A stretch of 43,596 nucleotides of DNA from an uncultured Candidatus Saccharibacteria bacterium (GCA_964495335.1 CAZBVF010000029.1:1-43596); one strand, 5' to 3'. Shown: positions 8,192 through 16,525, counted from the stretch's first letter. The notes: generated from the sequence alone by a model not told the origin. Numbers and translations: made by a program.

Positions 8192-10145
8192 AAAAATTAA
8201 AGATGTTTTAATATCTTCCCAGCACCCATACTTTTTAGAAAAGTATGCTTTTTGGTTTGAAAAGAATTTTAAAAAAATAATTAATTCTCTTAAAACTCAA
8301 TCTTTTTTTCAAAATAATCTTTTACATCTTCAGTCCGGACAAGAATATAATTTTTCCCAGATTTTAAGAAAGCTTGACGAAATGGGATATGAAAAAGTCA
8401 TAAAAACAACAGAGCCGGGAGAATTTTCAAGAAAAGGAGGAATTATTGAGGTTTTTCCCATAAATTCAACTTATGCTGTAAGGCTTGATTTTTACGGCAA
8501 CCTATTGGAAGAAATTGAAAGGCTAGAAATTCAAGTAGAAGATGAGAAAAAAACAAAAGAAAGGCTAAAGAAAAAGCTAAAATCCCAGAAAGTATTTTCT
8601 GATCTTAAAGGAATAAAACCGGGGGATTATTTGGTTCATCTTGACCACGGAGTTGCAATGTTTAGAGGGTTTTCTTCTTTCCCCTCCATTTCTAAAGACA
8701 AAGGAAAAAAATACTATCTTTTGGAGTATGATAAAGGAGATAAACTTTACATCCCCGAGGGTTTGGAAAGAAAGCTTTCAAGATATGTAGGATTCACTTC
8801 TCCTAAAATATCCAGACTGAGTAGCCCCGTCTGGCAAAAAACAAAAAAGAAAGTAAAAGAAGAAACGGAAAAATTGGCAAAAGAGCTTTTGGAAATATAT
8901 GCCAAAAGAGAAATTACTCAAAGGCCTCCCTATTCTTTTGACCAAACAATAAATGAAAAAATTTGTTCTAGTTTCCCTTTTGAGGAAACCCCGGACCAAT
9001 TGCAGGCAATCAAGGACATAGAAAAAGATTTAAAAAAACAAACCCCCATGGATCGATTGGTTTGCGGAGATGTCGGATTCGGAAAAACAGAAATAGCCTT
9101 AAGGACTGCTGTCAAAGCGGCGTCTTCCGGATATCAAACGGCAATAATGTGTCCAACTACAATCTTGTCCGAACAACATTACCAAACCTTTAAAGAAAGA
9201 TTAAAAGAACTTCCTTTAAAAATAGATGTTTTAAGTAGAATTCAGTCCGAGAAAAAACAAAAAGAAGTAATTGAAAATTTAAAAGAAGGGAAAACAGACA
9301 TTGTCATCGGAACTCACAAGATTATCTCTAATGACGTAAAGTTCAAAAATTTAGGACTTTTAATAATAGATGACGAACAAAAATTCGGCGTGAAACAAAA
9401 AGAAAAATTGAAGAAAATTAGATCTTCCCTTGACATTCTTTCTCTTTCTGCAACTCCTATCCCAAGAACTCTTTATTTTTCTTTATCTTCTTTAAAAGAG
9501 ATAAGCTTAATTCAAACACCTCCCTTAACCCGCCTGCCCATAAAAACATTTGTTCTCCCGTTTTCAAAGAAAACAATAAAGAGAGCAATTGAAAAAGAAA
9601 TAAAAAGAGGAGGTCAAGTCTATTATCTTCATAACAGAGTAGAAACCATTGAAACTGCCAAAAAATTCTTAGAAAGCTTGAGTATTCCCGGAAAAATCGG
9701 AATTATCCACGGGAGATTAAGCAAGAAAAAATCTTCCAGAACAATGGAAGAGTTTCAAAAAAATAAGATTCAAACTCTCATAGCCACAACTATTATTGAG
9801 AACGGTCTGGACCTTCCAACGGTAAACACTTTAATAGTAGACAATGCTTCTCTTCTCGGACTTTCCCAGGCCTATCAAATAAGAGGAAGGGTTGGAAGAT
9901 CCCACAAGCAAGCTTTTGCTTACTTTCTCTATGGTAAAAATCTTTCAGAAAAAGCCAAGTTAAGATTAAAAGCTCTGAAAGAAGAAAAAGAACTGGGTTC
10001 CGGGTACAAAATTGCCTTGAGGGATCTTGAAATCAGAGGAGCAGGAAACATTTTAGGAAAAGAACAGTCAGGAAGTATTAACCAGGTTGGATTAAATCTT
10101 TACTGTCAAATATTATCTCAAGCAATCGAAAGGCTAAGGAAATAA
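8181..10145 (+). CDS. mfd: Transcription-repair coupling factor Mfd, minimal 654-aa form
   Basis: CarD/RID-like segment KPGDYLVHLDHGVAMFRG...YLLEYDKGDKLYIP. Helicase motifs DRLVCGDVGFGKTEIALR, LIIDDEQKFG, SATPIPRT and QIRGRVGRS, plus the TRG-type LEIRGAGNILGKEQSG. Confidence 0.88.
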   Translation: MKNKKIKDVLISSQHPYFLEKYAFWFEKNFKKIINSLKTQSFFQNNLLHLQSGQEYNFSQILRKLDEMGYEKVIKTTEPGEFSRKGGIIEVFPINSTYAVRLDFYGNLLEEIERLEIQVEDEKKTKERLKKKLKSQKVFSDLKGIKPGDYLVHLDHGVAMFRGFSSFPSISKDKGKKYYLLEYDKGDKLYIPEGLERKLSRYVGFTSPKISRLSSPVWQKTKKKVKEETEKLAKELLEIYAKREITQRPPYSFDQTINEKICSSFPFEETPDQLQAIKDIEKDLKKQTPMDRLVCGDVGFGKTEIALRTAVKAASSGYQTAIMCPTTILSEQHYQTFKERLKELPLKIDVLSRIQSEKKQKEVIENLKEGKTDIVIGTHKIISNDVKFKNLGLLIIDDEQKFGVKQKEKLKKIRSSLDILSLSATPIPRTLYFSLSSLKEISLIQTPPLTRLPIKTFVLPFSKKTIKRAIEKEIKRGGQVYYLHNRVETIETAKKFLESLSIPGKIGIIHGRLSKKKSSRTMEEFQKNKIQTLIATTIIENGLDLPTVNTLIVDNASLLGLSQAYQIRGRVGRSHKQAFAYFLYGKNLSEKAKLRLKALKEEKELGSGYKIALRDLEIRGAGNILGKEQSGSINQVGLNLYCQILSQAIERLRK

Positions 10146-10177
10146 AACCACTGCAAGCCAACCTAGACTAATTTAAG

Positions 10178-10202
10178 TCGGTTGACTCTAAGAGTCAACC
10201 GA
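10178..10202. terminator. Perfect 11-bp hairpin (TCGGTTGACTC-taa-GAGTCAACCGA) downstream of mfd
   Basis: Exact inverted repeat 10178-10188 / 10192-10202 with a 3-nt loop. Only a weak T-run follows (aaatctttt). Confidence 0.4.
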
Positions 10203-10223
10203 AATCTTTTAAGATGACCTTGG

Positions 10224-10255
10224 AAAACATTTGTTTCAAAGGAAACAAATGTTTT
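10224..10255. terminator. Perfect 14-bp hairpin with A-tract and T-tract flanks (bidirectional terminator candidate)
   Basis: AAAACATTTGTTTC (10224-10237), loop aaag, GAAACAAATGTTTT (10242-10255), then an extra T. Lies between the convergent mfd and DUF1566 genes. Confidence 0.5.
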
Positions 10256-10313
10256 TAATCTTTCCCAGAGTCCAAAGGCCAGAGTTCTTAAGGGAAAGGA
10301 AGAAGATCTATTT

Positions 10314-11030
10314 CTATTGCCCGAGCACACACCGCACCCGTTTAGCACGAGTCTTATAGTTGCGGTACACGTAACCGACATTGAAGTGCACGCCCCAGGC
10401 ACCCGTATCTGAGTGCTCGGTAGAAGACCAATAGTAGGCCGCGACAGCGTCAGTATCATAAGAAGGTTGACAGGAGGATTGTGCTGAATCGCATTGATTT
10501 GGATTCCAGCTGCAAGTCTCATATCCCAGGTTCCAAAGTTCTCTGCCTGGAGCGCAATAGGTACCGTCTCTTCCATCTTGGCTTGGCAATTGCCACCCTT
10601 CCTCAAACCCGGCATATTCCAGGTCATAACAGGCCTTGCAAGCCGGATAGTCTTCCATGTCAGAAGCGGTGAGGTTGTTGCAATCCCCATCAGCATAAGA
10701 GGGTAGAGCAGTGTCACTTGTTTTCCATTGGTAAGTTCCACCTCCATCCAGAGTAATAGACCACATGTTGTAATAATCATCACAATACACTACGTCTCCG
10801 TGAAGTATTGACTCTCCGGGATTAGCAATGCAGTATTCTCTGACGTTTTGCCTGTTGGCCAAGGATTTATTATCAACATCTTTCTGTTGAGGATCTATCT
10901 CTTTCTGTTGAGAGTCTAATAAGAAAAAAACAATAGTACATATAATCGCTATTACTACGATGACAATGAAAAGTTTAATGAAAGCAAGTTTCCTTTTCTT
11001 TTTGGAGAATGTTTCTGATTGAAAATTCAT
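10314..11030 (-). CDS. Membrane-anchored, Cys-rich DUF1566 (Lcl C-terminal / CLec-like) domain protein
   Basis: N-terminal TM segment LFIVIVVIAIICTIVFFLL. C-terminal WQLPS...ELWNL...YYWSSTEHSDTGAWGVHFNVGYVYRNYKTRAKRVRCVLGQ is the DUF1566 signature as I recall it. Confidence 0.8.
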   Translation of the reverse strand: MNFQSETFSKKKRKLAFIKLFIVIVVIAIICTIVFFLLDSQQKEIDPQQKDVDNKSLANRQNVREYCIANPGESILHGDVVYCDDYYNMWSITLDGGGTYQWKTSDTALPSYADGDCNNLTASDMEDYPACKACYDLEYAGFEEGWQLPSQDGRDGTYCAPGRELWNLGYETCSWNPNQCDSAQSSCQPSYDTDAVAAYYWSSTEHSDTGAWGVHFNVGYVYRNYKTRAKRVRCVLGQ

Positions 11031-11081
11031 ATTTCTTTTTATTTTCGAATTATTTCTTTAATATGTCTCACTTTTTTGTCT

Positions 11082-11495
11082 TTATCCTTCTTCTTTTTCA
11101 TTCACACTAATATATTTATGACTTAGCTTGTAAAATAAAAAGGCAAAAAATGCAAAAAAGATTAAAGAAAAAAGTCCTCCTATAAGAGCAGAAAAACCTC
11201 CGCTCAAAACAACAAAATAGATAGTAGATAAATTCACGATTTTATCTTTGCTTTTTTCAGTAATAATATAGGCATTTCTTAAATATCGAGATGAATGCAT
11301 AATCCCCAACCAAATAGATAGAATGAATATTATAGCATATACTATATTATCCAGTATTATAGAATTAAAATTGCTAGCCAACGGTATGATAGTAAAAGAT
11401 GAAACCAAAAATACCAAGAAAGGAGCTACAAAACCCGATGTGAGATAATGAGTTGTTGCAATATACCAATTAGCAGATTTTTTTCTTTTTCCCAT
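11082..11495 (-). CDS. Hypothetical small integral membrane protein (about 4 TM)
   Basis: 137-aa ORF with four hydrophobic stretches and an ATG start. No family recognised. Confidence 0.65.
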   Translation of the reverse strand: MGKRKKSANWYIATTHYLTSGFVAPFLVFLVSSFTIIPLASNFNSIILDNIVYAIIFILSIWLGIMHSSRYLRNAYIITEKSKDKIVNLSTIYFVVLSGGFSALIGGLFSLIFFAFFAFLFYKLSHKYISVNEKEEG

Positions 11496-11607
11496 GTTTT
11501 GATATTTATTCTATTTATTCCGACTTCTTGTTTAAATCTACAATTTATAATTGTCTTATATTTATTATCCTAATATACCACTTTTCCTTGTCTTTTTTAA
11601 TATTAGG

Positions 11608-11616
11608 TGTGGATAA
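11608..11616 (-). promoter_or_regulatory. Perfect DnaA-box consensus (TTATCCACA on the minus strand)
   Basis: Plus strand reads tgtggataa. Near-matches are TTTTCCACA at 11682-11690 (8/9) and TTATCCTAA at 11565-11573 (7/9), all in the same 400-bp non-coding gap. Confidence 0.3.
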
Positions 11617-11652
11617 CTTGGCATATTTGTATCCTGATCGCAGTAGAACTGT

Positions 11653-11682
11653 GATCAATGATTTCCCTATGATCAATGATTT
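11653..11682. repeat. Direct repeat GATCAATGATTT x2 (18-nt period)
   Basis: Identical 12-mers at 11653-11664 and 11671-11682. Confidence 0.8.
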
Positions 11683-11798
11683 TTTCCACAGGGGAATTAT
11701 GATATTACGCTTTTTAAAATCTATTGACACTCGGAAGCAAGTTACAAGAATGGTTGAGGTAAAAGAGTATGGAGATTAAGTCTCAACCGGTCTCTGGG

Positions 11799-11876
11799 AA
11801 AATTTTCATATCAAGGCTTCGGCACTGATTGCCAGTTTTCGTATCCGAAGCCAAAATTTTCGTATCAAGGCTTCGG
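11799..11876. repeat. 24-nt direct repeat (23/24 identical) flanking an inverted copy of its 3' end
   Basis: AAAATTTTCATATCAAGGCTTCGG at 11799-11822 and AAAATTTTCGTATCAAGGCTTCGG at 11853-11876. Between them lies TTTTCGTATC + CCGAAGCC (11845-11852), which is complementary to both GGCTTCGG copies. Confidence 0.8.
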
Positions 11877-11893
11877 ATTGGACCTAAATAGAA

Positions 11894-12736
11894 TTATAAG
11901 TTTTTTAAAGATATATTCCTTTTTCTTTTTGAAGGATTTAATTTTCCCAACAAAAGCTCTTCGTAAGAGGGCTTTTTCTCTTTATAAAATATTCCTAAAG
12001 GAATTTTAGTATTTTCACTTTTATAATCCCATTCCCTAATTCCTTTTAAAGCCTTATCTCGAGAAGCCAAATCTTTCTCTTCTCTTTTATATATCCTTTT
12101 ATTGTAAAAATCCATTGTGTTGAAAAAAGTAATACAGGGTTGTAAAATTTCAATAAAAGAAAACCCTTTGTGATTTATCCCTTCTTTGATCATCCTTTCA
12201 AGATGCTTTAATTCAAAAGAATATCCTCTTGATATAAAACTAGCATTTGAAGAAAGCATAAGCTCTAAGGGATTGAAAGGACTTTCCACGCTTCCTTCCG
12301 GGGTTGATTTTCCCTTAAATCCTTTAGGGGAAGTAGCCGTAAACTGGCTTGTTGTCAAAGCAAAAGTCCTGTTATTGTGAACCAGCAAAGTAATGTCAAT
12401 GTTTCTTTTAGCTGCATGAATCAGGTGCGATATTCCCTCATTATATGTCCCTCCGTCTCCAGCAAAAACTATTACTTTCAGTTTAGGATTGCTCATTTTT
12501 ATCCCTTCTGCTGAAACAAGAGGTCTTCCGTGAAGAGAAGAAAAACTATTTAGATTAATGTAGTCAATAATTTTTGAACTGCAACCTATACCGCCCACCA
12601 AAACTATTTCTTCTTCTTTAGTTCCTTCTTTTATTAAAGAAGAAATTGCGTTTTTAAAAGCAGTTAAAATAGGAAAATTCCCACAGCCAGGACACCAAGT
12701 ATTTTTAGTATTCAAATTTAATTCTTTTTTTGGCAT
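11894..12736 (-). CDS. 2-oxoacid:ferredoxin oxidoreductase, beta (TPP-binding) subunit
   Basis: WCPGCGNF near the N-terminus, GIGCSS and FAGDGGTYNEG (TPP-binding GDG motif). Immediately downstream of the alpha subunit gene. Confidence 0.9.
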   Translation of the reverse strand: MPKKELNLNTKNTWCPGCGNFPILTAFKNAISSLIKEGTKEEEIVLVGGIGCSSKIIDYINLNSFSSLHGRPLVSAEGIKMSNPKLKVIVFAGDGGTYNEGISHLIHAAKRNIDITLLVHNNRTFALTTSQFTATSPKGFKGKSTPEGSVESPFNPLELMLSSNASFISRGYSFELKHLERMIKEGINHKGFSFIEILQPCITFFNTMDFYNKRIYKREEKDLASRDKALKGIREWDYKSENTKIPLGIFYKEKKPSYEELLLGKLNPSKRKRNISLKNL

Positions 12737-12742
12737 AAATAT

Positions 12743-14401
12743 TTAAAAATTAGAAAGTTTTTCCTCAATTTCTTCCGGTAAAAATGGTCTGGAATCATAT
12801 TTTAATATTTTTTTATCAATCTTTATCCCAAATCTCATTAGAACCTCCCCCAACTGAGATAATCCGTTTGTTTCAGCCAAGGCAATTTTTTTAACCCCTT
12901 CCAAGGCCTTCTTCATCTGTTTTTCAGGAAAAGGCTGTAAAACAACAGGAAAAATCATCTTAATTCCCAGTTTTTCAGCCACCTCCTTAACGGGACCTTT
13001 CGTGGAACCCCAGCAGATTATCGCTTTTTTAGAGTTTTTCTTCCCAAAAATTTTAACCGATTCCAGTTTTTCAACTTCTTTTTTCATTTCTTCAAACTTT
13101 CTTAATCTTTTCTCTTGCATTTCTTTAACTAATTTTTCGTCTTCAACCGTAATACCGAATTCATCGTGCTCATAACTGTTTGATTTTACAACAGCTTTCT
13201 TTTCCCCAGGAAACTCAAGAGGAGATATTCCTTTCTTTGTTTTTTTATACCTTAAGTATTCTCCTTTTTTACCCCACATTAAAGGTTTTTCATATTTAAC
13301 TTGATTTAAAACTTTTTCATCAAAACTAAAAGTACTCTCGGAAACTTCTTTGTCTATTAGCAAGATTGAAGGAGTTTGGTATTTCCAGGAAAGGTTTAAT
13401 GTTTTCCCGGCCCAATAGAAAGATTCCTGAGCGTCTCCCGGTGCAACGACAAATTTTACAATATCACCGTGACCGGCCGTTAAATTGAAAAGCAAGTCTC
13501 CCTGTCCCGTGTAAGTTGGAACACCGGTTCCCGGAGACATTCTTTGACTCTCTACTATTAATAAAGGGGTTTCGTTTTGAACAGCAAGACTTAATCCTTC
13601 TGTCATTAAAGCAAATCCCCCTCCTGAAGTTCCTACCATTGTCCTGCTTCCCGCATAAGCAGCTCCGATGGCTGCATTCACAATTCCGACTTCGTTTTCC
13701 AGTTGAGAAACAGCAATATTAAATTTTCCTTTGTTTTTAGCTAAATAATGGAGGATTCCCGAAGCGGGAGTCATGGGATAAGCGATATAAAGATCAAGCC
13801 CCGCTTTAACAGCTCCCAGAGAAAGAGCCTCATTCCCTGTTAAAAGAGGAAAAGGCTTTCTTTTTAATTTTTTAACATCTGTTATTTTTTCAGCTCTCTT
13901 GAAAGATTGATCTGCTATTTTAAGATTCTTTTTCTGCTGTTTTTTGAATTCTTTTTTGAAAAGAGTTTCCAATGTTTTCCAGTCAAGACCTAAAACTTTT
14001 GCAAATCCGGCCACAAGAGCAGTGTTTTTCATTATCGGAATTCCTTTGAACTGTTCAACAATTTTATCCATATGAACTCCCACAGCATACTTTTCCTTTA
14101 AAAGAAATTCGTCTTCGTTGTATAAAACAATCCCTTTCTCTGATAAATCTTTTTTATGTTTTTTAAAGGTATTTTCGTCCAGAGCTAAAAGAAAATCTAT
14201 TTTTTCCCTGTGGGATAAAATTTCTTTTTCTGAAGCTCTGATATGAGAGAAGCTATGACCGCCTCTAACTAAAGACTGGTAATCATCATATATGAATATA
14301 TTGTATCCGATCTCAGAAAAAAGCTTAGCTATAATCAAGCCGGCCGTTCTGGATCCTTGGCCTGCTCTGCCTCCTATTAAAATTGAATAATCGTTTTTCA
14401 T
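12743..14401 (-). CDS. 2-oxoacid:ferredoxin oxidoreductase, alpha subunit with N-terminal gamma-type domain
   Basis: N-terminus GGRAGQGSRTAGLIIAKLF (gamma-domain pattern), then GNEALSLGAVKAGLDLYIAYPMTPAS and the alpha-type central domains. 552 aa. Confidence 0.9.
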   Translation of the reverse strand: MKNDYSILIGGRAGQGSRTAGLIIAKLFSEIGYNIFIYDDYQSLVRGGHSFSHIRASEKEILSHREKIDFLLALDENTFKKHKKDLSEKGIVLYNEDEFLLKEKYAVGVHMDKIVEQFKGIPIMKNTALVAGFAKVLGLDWKTLETLFKKEFKKQQKKNLKIADQSFKRAEKITDVKKLKRKPFPLLTGNEALSLGAVKAGLDLYIAYPMTPASGILHYLAKNKGKFNIAVSQLENEVGIVNAAIGAAYAGSRTMVGTSGGGFALMTEGLSLAVQNETPLLIVESQRMSPGTGVPTYTGQGDLLFNLTAGHGDIVKFVVAPGDAQESFYWAGKTLNLSWKYQTPSILLIDKEVSESTFSFDEKVLNQVKYEKPLMWGKKGEYLRYKKTKKGISPLEFPGEKKAVVKSNSYEHDEFGITVEDEKLVKEMQEKRLRKFEEMKKEVEKLESVKIFGKKNSKKAIICWGSTKGPVKEVAEKLGIKMIFPVVLQPFPEKQMKKALEGVKKIALAETNGLSQLGEVLMRFGIKIDKKILKYDSRPFLPEEIEEKLSNF

Positions 14402-14408
14402 TGTTTTT

Positions 14409-14417
14409 AATTATATC
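14409..14417 (-). promoter_or_regulatory. Extended -10 (TGaTATAAT) 7 nt upstream of the OFOR-alpha ATG (leaderless-type)
   Basis: Minus strand: TGA TATAAT taaaaac ATG(14401). No SD. Confidence 0.55.
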
Positions 14418-14479
14418 ACCTAAATAATTTTATTTAAAAGATTTCTCTATTATGAGTTTATACCCATAACATTATTAAG

Positions 14480-16519
14480 TCAACTTATTATTTTCAAAAA
14501 TTCTTTCTCCTGCAAGATCTTAACTCCCAGTTTTTCAGCCTTTTCTTTTTTAGAGCCCGGAGAGTCCCCGCAAACTAAAAAATCGGTTTCCTTGGAAACA
14601 GAAGAAGAAACCTCCCCTCCCATTACTCTAACTTTATTTTTTGCTTCTTCACGAACCATATTTTTAAGAGAACCGGTAAAAACGAATTTTTTGCCTTTTA
14701 GTTTTTTTTCTATTTTTTGGGGAAAAATAATTTTTACTCCCGACTTTAAAAGTTTATCTACAAAAGAAAGATTGGATTTATTTCTAAACCAGTTATAAAC
14801 ACTTTTTGCTACAACATTTCCTATATCAGGAATAGCTTCTAACTCCTCCAGGGTTGCCCTTTTTAATCCTTCAAGATTTCCAAAGTGAAGAGCAAGATCA
14901 ATTGAGGTTTCTTCCCCGACATAACGGATTCCCAAAGCCCTTATAAAAGAAGAAAAAGGTACTTCTTTTGACTCTTCAATTGAATTAATTAAATTAGAGG
15001 CTGATTTTTCAGCAAATCTTTCCAAGGGAATCAAGTCTCCTTCCTTCAGCTTAAAAATATCAGAAGGATCTGAAACAAGGTTTTCGTCCATTAATTTATC
15101 TATTAATTTGGGTCCTAATCCTTCAATGTCAAAAGCTTTTTTGGAAACGAAAAAATGAATAAATTTTCTCTTAACAGCTCCGCAATAAGGATTGTTACAT
15201 CTCCAGACAGCTTCTCCTTCTTTTTTAACTAAATCTTTCCCGCAAATAGGGCACTTCTTTTTAAAGTGAAATGTTTTTTCTTTCCCTGTTCTCAAATCCT
15301 TTAAAACTTTAACAATATCGGGAATGACATCCCCGGCTCTTGCCACAATAACCGTGTCTCCCATTTTCACTCCCAGCCTTTTTATCTCATCTTCATTATG
15401 CAAGGTGGCTCTTGTTATGGTAGTTCCTCCCACTTTCACAGGCTTTAAAACAGCAACAGGTGTGACAGCTCCGGTTCTGCCAACTTGTAAAATTATATTT
15501 TGAACGGTTGTTACTGCTTCTTCAGGAGAAAATTTTAAAGCTCTGGATCCTCTTGACCCCCTTCCTGCTCTACCCAATTTTTTAAAAGTTTTATTATCGT
15601 TTACCAAAACAACAACACCGTCAATTTGAAAAGGATAATTATTTCTTTCTTTGGCCACCTTCCTCCAAAAATCAAAAACTTCCTCCAGATTATAACAAAC
15701 TCTGCCTTCATTTGTTTTAAATCCCAACTTAGGAAGTATTTGATGTTCTTCTGAATGCTTTTCCTGCCCGACGTCAGAGACAATGTTATAGGCTAAAAAC
15801 TTAAGAGGTCTTGAATCTGCAAGTTTCGGATCCAATTGCCTTATAGATCCTGCAGCAAGATTTCTGGGATTTGCATATTTTTTTTCTCCTTCTTTTTCCA
15901 GTTTTTCATTAATTTTTTCAAAATCACTCCTTTCCATATACACTTCCCCTCTAATTTCAATTGTTCCCTTTTCAATTAATTTTTTAACTTTTGGTTCTAT
16001 TTTTTTTGGCAACTTTCCTTTTATATTAATTGACAAAGGAATGCTTTCAATGGTTTTCAGATTCTCGGTAACGTCTTCCCCTATATATCCGTTCCCCCTC
16101 GTGGATCCTTGAAAAAAAATCCCGTCTTTGTAAATCAAGCTTATAGCAAAACCGTCAATTTTTAATTCCGAAAAATATTCAATTTTTTCAACTCTTAACA
16201 ATCTTTTCAAGTAATCCTGCCAACTTTGAATTTCTTTCTCTGAAAAAGTATCGTCCATTGAGAGCATCGGGGTTTTGTGTTCCACTTTTTTAAAGTTATC
16301 CAAAGCCTCCCCGCCAACTCTTTGGGTCGGAGAGTCTTCGGTCAAAAATTCAGGATACTTTTTTTCCAGAGAAGAAAGCTCTTTTTTGAGAGAGTCCAGA
16401 GCAGCATCAGAAATTTCCTGTCTGTCAAGCACATGATAAAGATATCTATGATAAGAAATAGTTTCTTTCAATTTTTTAATCCTCTCTTTCGCTTCTTTTT
16501 TTAATAATTTCAAATCCAT
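14480..16519 (-). CDS. ligA: NAD-dependent DNA ligase
   Basis: Adenylation motif ELKIDG, four-Cys Zn finger CPICG...CNNPYC, HhH region and a C-terminal BRCT (GKKFVFTGSL). 679 aa. Confidence 0.95.
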   Translation of the reverse strand: MDLKLLKKEAKERIKKLKETISYHRYLYHVLDRQEISDAALDSLKKELSSLEKKYPEFLTEDSPTQRVGGEALDNFKKVEHKTPMLSMDDTFSEKEIQSWQDYLKRLLRVEKIEYFSELKIDGFAISLIYKDGIFFQGSTRGNGYIGEDVTENLKTIESIPLSINIKGKLPKKIEPKVKKLIEKGTIEIRGEVYMERSDFEKINEKLEKEGEKKYANPRNLAAGSIRQLDPKLADSRPLKFLAYNIVSDVGQEKHSEEHQILPKLGFKTNEGRVCYNLEEVFDFWRKVAKERNNYPFQIDGVVVLVNDNKTFKKLGRAGRGSRGSRALKFSPEEAVTTVQNIILQVGRTGAVTPVAVLKPVKVGGTTITRATLHNEDEIKRLGVKMGDTVIVARAGDVIPDIVKVLKDLRTGKEKTFHFKKKCPICGKDLVKKEGEAVWRCNNPYCGAVKRKFIHFFVSKKAFDIEGLGPKLIDKLMDENLVSDPSDIFKLKEGDLIPLERFAEKSASNLINSIEESKEVPFSSFIRALGIRYVGEETSIDLALHFGNLEGLKRATLEELEAIPDIGNVVAKSVYNWFRNKSNLSFVDKLLKSGVKIIFPQKIEKKLKGKKFVFTGSLKNMVREEAKNKVRVMGGEVSSSVSKETDFLVCGDSPGSKKEKAEKLGVKILQEKEFLKIIS

Positions 16520-16525
16520 TATTTT

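Noticed and set aside
10314-10460. A complete diversity-generating retroelement targeting the DUF1566 C-terminus
   Set aside because: No second copy of this segment (template repeat) and no reverse transcriptase gene is present in the window. It is kept only as a genome-wide check under the DUF1566 finding.
10163-10783. 206-aa ORF overlapping the DUF1566 gene in another frame on the same strand
   Set aside because: It is a shadow ORF created by the locally high GC (few stop codons). It has no start context and a low-complexity, Cys/Thr/Leu-rich translation with no motif, and it extends into the hairpin region. The DUF1566 frame carries the recognisable domain.
11528-11779. 83-aa TTG-initiated ORF in the long intergenic gap
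   Set aside because: It has no SD or leaderless-type promoter and an unconvincing hydrophobic, low-complexity translation. Part of it merely translates the GATCAATGATTT repeat. The region is treated as non-coding.
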